Assembly (NCBI GenBank): GCA_018401705.1
Contig: JAGYKL010000001.1
Coordinates: forward strand, 66,346 to 98,345
Length of the DNA: 32,000 bases
DNA from: Bacteroidia bacterium
Lineage (GTDB): Bacteria > Bacteroidota > Bacteroidia > M30B66
Direction of reading: 5' to 3'
The notes under the pieces are model-generated. The model had not been told where the DNA came from, ran no database searches, and saw nothing but the letters and a program-made list of their open reading frames with translations. The position numbers were made by a program, and so were the translations under genes. The first letter of the stretch is position 1. Every line of letters begins with the position of its first letter. Positions 24,408 through 32,000 of the stretch are shown one piece after another.

Positions 24408-25666
24408 TGAAACAAAAACACCTTATTGAAATTGCTGTTGCTTTGATGCTGGCGCGCTGGAAACAAACTCTAGTAGCTACAATTGGTGTTACCTTTAGTA
24501 TTGCACTTTTTATTTCCCTGTTAGGTTTTATGGAAGGCTTAAATCAACTGCTCGACGGCTTAGTTTTAAACCGAACACCTCACATCCGACTGTTTAATGA
24601 CATTCAACCCTCTAAAATTCAACCTATCGACCTTAGTGAACAGTACCAAAATTACCACAACTTTATTAGCTCAGTAAAACCGGTAAATACCCGGAAAGAA
24701 ATCTATAATGCTCAACAAATCATACATAAACTTAAAAATGACAAACGAGTATTTGGTGTTGCTCCTAAAATAACTGCTCAAGTCTTTTACAACCTAGGGA
24801 ATATTGATTTAAATGGAATCATCAATGGCGTAGACGCTGAAAAAGAAGCGAAACTTTTTGCTTTTAGTGATTACGTTATAAAGGGTAATTATCGTGAGCT
24901 CGAAACAATTTCTAATAGCATAATACTTGGCCAAGGTGCAGCTGATGTAATGAATGCTAAAATTGGAGATATCATAACTGTTACTACTACTGAAGGTGAG
25001 CAGTTTTCCTTAAAAGTGATTGGCTTTTTCCAATCGGGGATGGCAGAAATTGATAAAATACAAAGTTTCGCAAGTCTTACTACAACACAGAAATTGCTCG
25101 GAGAGGACAGTAATTACATCAGCGATATTCAAATAAAATTAAAGGACCTCAACAAGGCTCCTGCACTAGCCATCGAATTTGAAGATTTTTTTAAGATTAA
25201 TGCAGAAGATATTCAAACAGCAAATGCGCAATTTGAAACAGGCAGCGGTGTTCGTTCAATAATTTCTTATGCCGTTGGCATTACTCTATTAATCGTATCT
25301 GGATTTGGCATCTATAATATCCTTAACATGTTGATTTACGAAAAAATGGACACCATCGCTATCCTTAAAGCAACAGGTTATGCTGGCAATGATGTGAAGA
25401 AGATATTTATCTCAATTTCATTGAGCATTGGAGTTGCAGGGGCTTTAGCAGGGGTGTTTTTCGGGATATTACTTTCAGCCATCATCGATGCTATTCCTTT
25501 TAGCTCTCCTTCAATCCCAAATGTTACCACCTACCCTATCGACTATGGAATTCAATACTATTTAATAGCTATTATTTTTGCAATGGTTACTACCTTTTTA
25601 GCTGGCTGGATGCCTGCAAAAAAAGCTAGTAAAGTAGATCCAGTGCTAATTATTAGAGGAAAGTAA
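24407..25666 (+). CDS. ABC transporter permease, MacB/LolCE-type (FtsX domain)
   Basis: 419-aa ORF with an N-terminal TM segment and a ~220-aa periplasmic domain. The C-terminal FtsX-type bundle of three TM segments ends with the typical PAKKASKVDPVLIIRG tail. Confidence 0.85.
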   Translation: MKQKHLIEIAVALMLARWKQTLVATIGVTFSIALFISLLGFMEGLNQLLDGLVLNRTPHIRLFNDIQPSKIQPIDLSEQYQNYHNFISSVKPVNTRKEIYNAQQIIHKLKNDKRVFGVAPKITAQVFYNLGNIDLNGIINGVDAEKEAKLFAFSDYVIKGNYRELETISNSIILGQGAADVMNAKIGDIITVTTTEGEQFSLKVIGFFQSGMAEIDKIQSFASLTTTQKLLGEDSNYISDIQIKLKDLNKAPALAIEFEDFFKINAEDIQTANAQFETGSGVRSIISYAVGITLLIVSGFGIYNILNMLIYEKMDTIAILKATGYAGNDVKKIFISISLSIGVAGALAGVFFGILLSAIIDAIPFSSPSIPNVTTYPIDYGIQYYLIAIIFAMVTTFLAGWMPAKKASKVDPVLIIRGK

Positions 25667-26350
25667 ATGGAAAATAGCACTGTACTAGAAGCTCGCGGTA
25701 TTTGTAAATCATTCTATAATCCTGTTAAGATTGATGTTCTAAAAGATGTGTCTTTTAAACTCAAACGTGGTGAATATGCTTCTATCATTGGGAGATCAGG
25801 TAGTGGGAAATCTACTTTACTTTATATCCTCTCAACCATGGATACTGATTTTACGGGAAAGCTTTTAATAGACGGAATTGATCTTCATTATAAATCAGAA
25901 AAGGAGCTAGCTGCTATAAGGAATGCTAAGATTGGCTTCGTATTCCAATTTCATTATTTACTCAATGAATTTACTGCAATAAGAAATGTAATGCTTCCCG
26001 GCTTTAAATTGAATAAAGTGAGTGAAGAAGAGTTAGAATCAAAAGCATATGAATATTTGAAGGATTTAGGAATTGAGAACTTAGCACATAAAATGGCCTA
26101 CAAATTATCGGGAGGTGAAAAACAGCGTGTCGCAATAGCACGAGCCATGATTAATGACCCTTTAATTATTATGTGCGACGAGCCTACTGGAAATCTAGAC
26201 AGCAAAAATGCTGATATCGTTTTCAATATTTTTAAAGAACTCACCGAGACCTTTAATAAAACACTTCTAGTGGTGACGCATGATTTAATTTTTGCAGAAA
26301 AAACAGGTCGAATTATTGAACTTGATGACGGAAGGATTATAAGAGAGTAA
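25667..26350 (+). CDS. ABC transporter ATP-binding protein (LolD/MacB-type)
   Basis: Walker A GRSGSGKST, the Q-loop, signature LSGGEKQRVAIARA, Walker B IIMCDEPTGNLD and the H-loop VTHD are all present. Confidence 0.95.
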   Translation: MENSTVLEARGICKSFYNPVKIDVLKDVSFKLKRGEYASIIGRSGSGKSTLLYILSTMDTDFTGKLLIDGIDLHYKSEKELAAIRNAKIGFVFQFHYLLNEFTAIRNVMLPGFKLNKVSEEELESKAYEYLKDLGIENLAHKMAYKLSGGEKQRVAIARAMINDPLIIMCDEPTGNLDSKNADIVFNIFKELTETFNKTLLVVTHDLIFAEKTGRIIELDDGRIIRE

Positions 26351-26419
26351 TTGCTGTTAAAAATTTGCAAACTGAATTTCATACTTAAATCAAATTCTAT
26401 TTATGCATATTTTTAAACC

Positions 26420-27886
26420 ATGAACAAAAGGAAAAATTCTCTTGCGCTTGTGCTGGCTTTTGTTGCGCATATCTGCTCTTTGAGCATGAACGCTCAAGAT
26501 TTAATTTCAAATCCTGTCACCAATGCCATCAGGCAAAACGCAAATTACCCAAGCTGTGGCAGCTTTGAATTTATTGAGAAGGCCGATCATAATCAAGGTC
26601 ATTTCAAGCACTTTTCAAATCAGCTGATGGAAGACATTAGTCAAATAGTCTCAAATAAAAGTGAATCCCGAGCCGAAGGCGATAATTATAGCATTCCTAC
26701 TGTCTTTCACATTGTGTATAACGATGAATCAGAAAACATTCCAGACTCAGTTATTTTAAATCAACTAAATATCTTGAATGAGTGTTTCAGAAGACAAAAT
26801 GCAAATGCTTCAGAAACAAGAACAGTATTCCTTGACCTTGTTGGAGATGCGCGTATTGAATTTAGATTAGCTGAGCAAGATCCATCAGGAATGCCAACTT
26901 CAGGAATAACCAGAACCTCTTCACCCATTGAACATTTCGGAGGACTACTACCTTATGCTCCTGGTGAAAATGCTGAAATAGTTCAATGGATTAACGATAG
27001 TTTATTCTACAATTATTTCAGACTTACCGAAACCAGCTTAGGTGGACAAGATGCTTGGGATACAGAACGATACCTAAATATTTGGATTGGCGATTTAAGA
27101 ATCTTTGAACCTCAGTTCAACAACTTTGAAGAGCTGGTATATTTCGGATTAGCGACCCCACCTATTGACCACGTAAATTGGCCAGACAGTGTTATTGGCC
27201 AAGCAAATGATTTTGAGCAAGGTGTATTAATGCACTATGCAAACATAGGAAGTAATAATCCTAATTTGCTAGCTGCGCCCTACACAGGATTTAATGGTGT
27301 TACTACAACCGGAAAAATGTTGGTGCATGAAGTTGGACATTATTTAGGATTGAGACATATATGGGGAGATGGAAACTGCAATTTTGATGATTTCATTGAT
27401 GATACCCCAAATAGCGTTTCCGAAAGCTCATGGAATTGTAATTTCAACTTAAATTCTTGTTTAGATAATATCGGAGATGAGGACCTTCCCAATATGGTCG
27501 AAAATTATATGGATTATTCAAGTGGCGATTGTCAGAACTCTTTCACAATTGGACAGGCAGATTTAATGCGTGCCGTTTTAGAAGAATATCGTCCTTTGGT
27601 TTACGAAGCTATTCCTGCTTCTAATGGAATTTTGAAAGCAAATGCATCAATAAAATGCTATCCTAACCCAAGTTCTGGACTACTGAATATCGACTTCGGG
27701 CAACAGCAAAAAGAAGTTGAAATACGTATTCAAAACTCCTTAGGGCAAATTGTAATAAACGAGGCATTCAAGAATATGCAGGTGGCCAATTTGAATTTAA
27801 ACCTTCCAAGTGGCTTATACTTTCTAGTTGCAGAAGGCGATTCAGGACAAAAAACTGTCAAAAAGTTGGTTTTAGAACAGAATTAA
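26420..27886 (+). CDS. secreted M43 (pappalysin/ulilysin-like) zinc metalloprotease with T9SS type A C-terminal sorting domain
   Basis: Signal peptide (...HICSLSMNAQ) and the metzincin motif HEVGHYLGLRHIWGDG. The C-terminal ~80 aa has Por-secretion-tail features (KCYPNPSSGLLNIDF ... GLYFLVAEGDSGQKTVKKLVLEQN). Confidence 0.85.
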   Translation: MNKRKNSLALVLAFVAHICSLSMNAQDLISNPVTNAIRQNANYPSCGSFEFIEKADHNQGHFKHFSNQLMEDISQIVSNKSESRAEGDNYSIPTVFHIVYNDESENIPDSVILNQLNILNECFRRQNANASETRTVFLDLVGDARIEFRLAEQDPSGMPTSGITRTSSPIEHFGGLLPYAPGENAEIVQWINDSLFYNYFRLTETSLGGQDAWDTERYLNIWIGDLRIFEPQFNNFEELVYFGLATPPIDHVNWPDSVIGQANDFEQGVLMHYANIGSNNPNLLAAPYTGFNGVTTTGKMLVHEVGHYLGLRHIWGDGNCNFDDFIDDTPNSVSESSWNCNFNLNSCLDNIGDEDLPNMVENYMDYSSGDCQNSFTIGQADLMRAVLEEYRPLVYEAIPASNGILKANASIKCYPNPSSGLLNIDFGQQQKEVEIRIQNSLGQIVINEAFKNMQVANLNLNLPSGLYFLVAEGDSGQKTVKKLVLEQN

Positions 27887-27984
27887 ATCAACAAGCACCT
27901 TCAATGTTGATAGAGCTTGCATGTTGTGAAAAATTACAGATTATAACCTCATTTTTCATTTGACTAAAAGCTCATCTTTGTTTT

Positions 27985-29295
27985 GTGAAGAAAGTTCTCA
28001 TAATCACATATTACTGGCCTCCCTCCGGAGGAGCAGGGGTGCAACGCTGGCTTAAATTTGTCAAATACCTCAAGCAGTTTGGCTGGGAACCCATTGTTTA
28101 CACAGCTCAAAACCCCGAATATCCTATTATCGACGAGTCATTCTTCAAAGACATACCTGAAGGAATTACTATTTTAAAACAACCAATTTGGGAACCTTAT
28201 CAGTTGTATAAGAAACTCATTGGTCAAAAGAAGGAAGAACGAGTAGTTTCAGGCTTTCTGCAGGAATCGGGTAAAAAAGGCTTAGCTCAAAAACTATCAC
28301 TTTGGTTGCGAGGCAATGTTTTCATCCCCGATGCCAGAAAATTTTGGATAAAACCTTCAATTAAGTACCTCAATTCTTGGCTTAAAGAAAATCCTGTTGA
28401 TGCTATCGTTTCAACAGGACCGCCGCATAGCATGCATTTAATAGCCCGGGGAATAAAAAAGAAAACGGGCCTGCCTTGGCTTGCAGATTTTAGAGACCCT
28501 TGGGTAAATATTGATTTTGCAAGTGATCTTGCGATGAGTAACTATGCCAAAAACCGAAATATCTCACTTGAAAGAGCAGTTTTGCAAGAGGCGGACAAGG
28601 TTGTAGTTGTAAGTGATTTTATGGCAGAGGAGTTTCAAAGTAAGACTAAAAAACCTGTAAGCATTATTACTAATGGTTATGATCCAGATGACTTTAACAT
28701 TGCTCCAGAATTGCTTCGCAAGGATGAATACTTTAGTTTAGTTCACACAGGAAGCCTTAACGACCGTAGGAATCATCCTGTTCTTTGGAAGGCAATCGCC
28801 GAACTGAGAGCTAAAAACCCTGAGTTTAAACGGGACTTTAGACTCAGACTTATTGGAAAAAACGACATTTCAGTTAAATCGAGTATTTCAGCCAGCGGCT
28901 TGGACGATTGCACCGAATTCATAGATTATTTGCCACATCAGGAAATTATTGCAGAACAAAAATCAGCCTCTGTTTTACTACTTTCTATAAATAATTACGG
29001 AGCTTCAGAGTCAGGTTTCTTTTCACCTAAAGCAACACTCACAGGAAAGCTATTTGAATACCTGGCAGCGGGCCAGCCTATTTTAATGGTCGGACCACTA
29101 GATGGTCAGGCAGCAGATGTAGTAAGCTCAAATAAGTCAAACAGAGTTGTTGATTTTGACAATCAATCTGTAATGGAAAAAGCAATTCTCGAATTGTATG
29201 AATTAAAAAATTCAATGAATGAAAATGTAACAGATAAACGCTTTTCGCGCATTGAGCTAACCCGAGAGCTTACAGAACTTCTGAATAGTTTATAA
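27985..29295 (+). CDS. glycosyltransferase (GT-B fold, GT4-like; family assignment tentative)
   Basis: 436-aa ORF with a GTG start. The N-terminal motif is VLIITYYWPPSGGAGVQRW. The C-terminal half has a sugar-nucleotide-binding-like segment (TGKLFEYLAAGQPILMVG). Confidence 0.65.
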   Translation: MKKVLIITYYWPPSGGAGVQRWLKFVKYLKQFGWEPIVYTAQNPEYPIIDESFFKDIPEGITILKQPIWEPYQLYKKLIGQKKEERVVSGFLQESGKKGLAQKLSLWLRGNVFIPDARKFWIKPSIKYLNSWLKENPVDAIVSTGPPHSMHLIARGIKKKTGLPWLADFRDPWVNIDFASDLAMSNYAKNRNISLERAVLQEADKVVVVSDFMAEEFQSKTKKPVSIITNGYDPDDFNIAPELLRKDEYFSLVHTGSLNDRRNHPVLWKAIAELRAKNPEFKRDFRLRLIGKNDISVKSSISASGLDDCTEFIDYLPHQEIIAEQKSASVLLLSINNYGASESGFFSPKATLTGKLFEYLAAGQPILMVGPLDGQAADVVSSNKSNRVVDFDNQSVMEKAILELYELKNSMNENVTDKRFSRIELTRELTELLNSL

Positions 29296-29315
29296 TTAAG
29301 CTAATTGTCTAGTCC

Positions 29316-29333
29316 GTAGCATTTTCATGCTAC
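29316..29333. terminator. hairpin between convergent genes (possible bidirectional terminator)
   Basis: GTAGCAT-TTTC-ATGCTAC (7-bp stem, 4-nt loop) lies between the stop at 29295 (+) and the stop at 29340 (-). No clear U-tract is present. Confidence 0.3.
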
Positions 29334-29339
29334 AGAATT

Positions 29340-30893
29340 CTATTTAAATAAGAATACAGCCCCTCTATATTTGTATTTGTTCTGATAAACATCTAAAGCT
29401 TCAATCAAGCAAGTGTAAAGCCCATCGGGAGCAAAAATGTTTGACTTTGTTTTTCCATCCCATCCGATGTTTACATCATTTGATTGAAATATTAACTCAC
29501 CCCATCGGTTAAAAATGAGCATCTGTAAGTCTTCAATTTTATATCCTTTTGGCAAAAAGACATCATTATCACCATCCCCATTAGGAGTGAAGGCATTAGG
29601 CACGTAAAACTCAGAAGGTACTTGAATAATAAATGTCTTTGTTTCTTTGTCTGAACATCCAAGATTATTTTCACAATGATGCTCAATAGAATAGCTCGTC
29701 TCTTCAGTCACAACGAAACTGTTGTTTTCATCTAGAACTAAAGGTTCGCCTTGCAGATACCAATCACAACCATACTCAAAACCACTCACTAAAACTGTTA
29801 TAGGCAGGTAAGCTCCTTGAGGTATAAACATATCAAATGAAGCATCAACAGAAACGTCTATAATTTGAACAGAATCAATAACTGTATTGCAAGAATTTGT
29901 TCTGGTTAAGGTATAAACACCGGCAGAATTAACAGAAATTGATTGACTAGTTTCGCCCGTTGACCAGAGGTTTAAAGTGGTTGCGGATGATTGTAAAACT
30001 ATATCATCTGGCAAGCAGGCATTTATTACATCGTCACCTAAGATTTGAGCTTGATACAACTCATCATCAACAATTACTTCGATAGAATTAGAAGTAATAG
30101 TGCAACCTTCATTAGACGTGGCTAAATAAATACCAGAAGTATTAATTGTACGGGGGTTTGCTGATCCCCCATCATTCCAGGTGAAAGGTACATTAGAATT
30201 AACCGACAATGATACCTCTCCGCCCTCACAAAACTGTGTTGGTCCATCAGCAAAAATCTCAAGATTCTGAACCGTTGAACAATAAACTACGTTTAGATGA
30301 GGATGCAATGATTCATCTGCATAAACATCTGATGCAAACATCATTATTCTATTTATAGTCTCGTCTGTCAATCTAAGTAAATAACCGAAATTCTGAGAAG
30401 GATTATCGACGTGGTATTGAACTAATGCTCTAACATCAACAACATAATTCTCATTGCCCAATACAGCAGGCTCTAGAACAGCTTGATCAATTGTACTTGA
30501 TGTGGGTGCTGAATTCCATGTTACAGTTGACTCATCCCATGTAGAATTAACGCGTTGAATCAAACTTTCATTGTTTCCAATGGTATGATTAACTAGCGTT
30601 CCAATTGGAGGTATTTTATAAAGAAATAGAGATGCGCTAATTATAATAGAACCTTCTGGAATTCCAGTTAAGTCAAATTGAATAAGGCCTCTATTTGTGT
30701 TAACTCCTGAAGCCCCTCCAGGGATGCAATATGCTGCAAATTGGTCGGCATTATTATAATTATTATTTGCCGTATTAAAAGAGTCGTGGTATCCTATGGC
30801 AGCAAGTTGACTTGGATTCAAGTTGACACTTATTTGACCAAAGGAATTAATCGACATTAACATCCATGAAATTAAAAATGCAATACTCTTCAC
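29340..30893 (-). CDS. secreted protein with DNRLRE/CBM96-like N-terminal domain, Ig-like repeats and T9SS type B C-terminal domain
   Basis: The C-terminus FYVPNAFTPNGDGDNDVFLPKG...IFNRWGELIF...GWDGK matches the gliding-motility-associated C-terminal domain (TIGR04131-like, type B CTD). The N-terminal region (RGLIQFDLTGIPEGSIIISASLFLY ... WDESTVTWNSAP) fits the DNRLRE-domain pattern. Two Cys-bracketed ~60-aa repeats lie in the middle. The preferred start is GTG 30891-30893 (MKSIAFLISWMLMSINSFGQ signal peptide). The track start is TTG 30911. Confidence 0.8.
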   Translation of the reverse strand: MKSIAFLISWMLMSINSFGQISVNLNPSQLAAIGYHDSFNTANNNYNNADQFAAYCIPGGASGVNTNRGLIQFDLTGIPEGSIIISASLFLYKIPPIGTLVNHTIGNNESLIQRVNSTWDESTVTWNSAPTSSTIDQAVLEPAVLGNENYVVDVRALVQYHVDNPSQNFGYLLRLTDETINRIMMFASDVYADESLHPHLNVVYCSTVQNLEIFADGPTQFCEGGEVSLSVNSNVPFTWNDGGSANPRTINTSGIYLATSNEGCTITSNSIEVIVDDELYQAQILGDDVINACLPDDIVLQSSATTLNLWSTGETSQSISVNSAGVYTLTRTNSCNTVIDSVQIIDVSVDASFDMFIPQGAYLPITVLVSGFEYGCDWYLQGEPLVLDENNSFVVTEETSYSIEHHCENNLGCSDKETKTFIIQVPSEFYVPNAFTPNGDGDNDVFLPKGYKIEDLQMLIFNRWGELIFQSNDVNIGWDGKTKSNIFAPDGLYTCLIEALDVYQNKYKYRGAVFLFK

Positions 30894-31202
30894 AACTTGT
30901 AAATTGATCAATAAACAAAGATATACTATATGTACAAATTTTCAAGCTCAGGAAAAATGTTTAATATTGATAAATTATCAATACGAAACAAAATAGAACT
31001 GAGGTCTTACTCTCAACAAACACAAAAGTCTTAATTCTAAACACCTGCATCAACAAAGTAATCTTAAGCCTTAAACTAGCTTCATATTTAAAACTTAGTC
31101 AACACTAAGACTCAACTCCTAACATGCAAAACTCGCAATACTCGTGAGTTTCATTAGAATAAGAAATGGCTTATTTAAGGATTAAACCTAGCGACTAATT
31201 TC

Positions 31203-32000
31203 TTACAAAAGTATTGCCTCAATAAAGTCCTCTTCACGCGCTGCTGTCGAGAACAGTTTTTGAATACGCATTCTTGACTTCTCCCAGGTGAATTCAGCAT
31301 TGTTCATAGCCGATTTTATTCCCGTAACGAGTGCTTCAGCAGATCTTTCATTCACGATTACTCCAGCATCTCCGATTACGTAAGGAATAGCAAATACATT
31401 AGAACCTATTGGAATACAGCCACATAACATCGCTTCACATAGCGCATTTGGCAAACCTTCTGCAATTGATGCTTGTATGTAGTAAGCATGAGAGGCTAGA
31501 ACTTCGGGCAATTTATCGTAGGGAACTGCTTCAATTAAACGAACATTAGCTGGCAACTGAGCTGCATCCAGATAGTCGTTTTTGCATAAAATACTGAATT
31601 CACATTCCGGTAATTCTAAAGCGGCTTTCAAGATTAAGTCAATCCCTTTTCTTTGAAAAACTGGCGGTGCAATAGAAGATGCAGCCGTAATGAAGGAGTT
31701 TGGTTTTGCAGGCCTTCTATTAGGTCGAAAAAGTTGGTCATTAAACCCATGAGGAATAACACGATAAGGCGTTTTTAAATTTGGTAAAATCCCCAAAAAC
31801 CCTTGATTAAGTGGTTCTAATTTGTCGTAGTGATTTTCAAAAATTGCCAATGACTTATCAATTGGCAATAATTGACTGGCGTACTTAAATGAAAAACGAG
31901 TCGCCTCAGCAAGAAGTTTCTTACGAAAATTTCCGTGTTGTATTCCAGGATAGTTATGGCATTCTGCGCCTAAGAGAACAATAGAAGTTTTAATCCTAAA
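31203..32000 (-). CDS. glycosyltransferase family 4-like protein (5' end beyond the window)
   Basis: An EX7E motif (EGLPNALCE) sits within ASIAEGLPNALCEAMLCGCIPIGSNV. The reading frame stays open upstream of the track start (TTG 31868) all the way to base 32000 (...FRIKTSIVLLGAECHNYPGIQHGNFRKKLLAEATRFSFKYASQLLPIDK...). The gene is therefore truncated by the window edge. Confidence 0.75.
   Translation of the reverse strand, partial: FRIKTSIVLLGAECHNYPGIQHGNFRKKLLAEATRFSFKYASQLLPIDKSLAIFENHYDKLEPLNQGFLGILPNLKTPYRVIPHGFNDQLFRPNRRPAKPNSFITAASSIAPPVFQRKGIDLILKAALELPECEFSILCKNDYLDAAQLPANVRLIEAVPYDKLPEVLASHAYYIQASIAEGLPNALCEAMLCGCIPIGSNVFAIPYVIGDAGVIVNERSAEALVTGIKSAMNNAEFTWEKSRMRIQKLFSTAAREEDFIEAILL

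Noticed and set aside
23329-27886. HlyD adaptor, ABC transporter and adjacent metalloprotease read as a type I secretion system for the protease
   Set aside because: The ABC components are MacB/LolCDE-type (separate FtsX permease plus ATPase) rather than a fused T1SS exporter. The protease has a Sec signal peptide and a T9SS type A C-terminal domain, with no RTX/Gly-rich C-terminal T1SS signal. Adjacency is most simply coincidental.
27887-27927. Overlapping inverted repeats after the M43 protease gene (ATCAACA...TGTTGAT and CAACAAGC...GCTTGCATGTTG) read as a terminator or attenuator
   Set aside because: The stems are short and mutually exclusive, and an A-run rather than a T-run follows on the coding strand. 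This is too weak to call.
22700-32000. tRNA-Val-flanked genomic island or integrative element
   Set aside because: No integrase, excisionase, transposase, conjugation or phage genes occur in the 9 kb downstream. The duplicated segments extend past the tRNA into its terminator and sit in tandem within 260 bp instead of bracketing a block of genes. An old integration scar remains possible, so it is kept as an alternative in the findings.

Overview
This is an AT-rich, tightly packed chromosomal segment with about 30 genes. Gene content and synteny point to Bacteroidota, most likely Flavobacteriia-like. Left third (1-5.9 kb) is housekeeping: a YwbE-family small protein, an M16 peptidase, deoxynucleoside kinase, pyruvate dehydrogenase E2 and E1-alpha, cdd and ispF. 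The centre (5.9-15.2 kb) is the core type IX secretion (T9SS)/gliding locus. ispF<porV<porU run on the minus strand, divergent from a PorP/SprF-family gene >gldJ>murF, which is the arrangement I recall around gldJ/porU/porV in Flavobacterium johnsoniae. Next come an acyl-CoA dehydrogenase, anmK, a 101-aa hyper-acidic protein, a Glu/Leu/Phe/Val dehydrogenase, an exbB-exbD-tonB-like-folC operon and tRNA-Val(TAC). The right third (22.7-32 kb) looks more accessory. It holds a decaying tandem array of tRNA-3'-end/terminator modules and a 400-bp non-coding gap. After that come a frameshifted HlyD-type adaptor with an FtsX-type permease and an ABC ATPase, then an M43 metalloprotease with a T9SS type A C-terminal domain (CTD). 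The window ends with a glycosyltransferase, a DNRLRE-like protein with a T9SS type B CTD, and a second, partial glycosyltransferase. I saw no rRNA, CRISPR array, transposase, integrase, reverse transcriptase or recognisable defence gene. I cannot honestly point to a clearly novel multi-gene system. The least explained items are the tRNA-Val 3'-end/terminator repeat array, the hyper-acidic small protein, two single-base frame disruptions (PorP/SprF-like N-terminus and the HlyD adaptor), an apparently partner-less type B CTD cargo, and a collagen-like Gly-X-Y run in the TonB-like protein. All family assignments come from motif recognition by eye, not from database searches.
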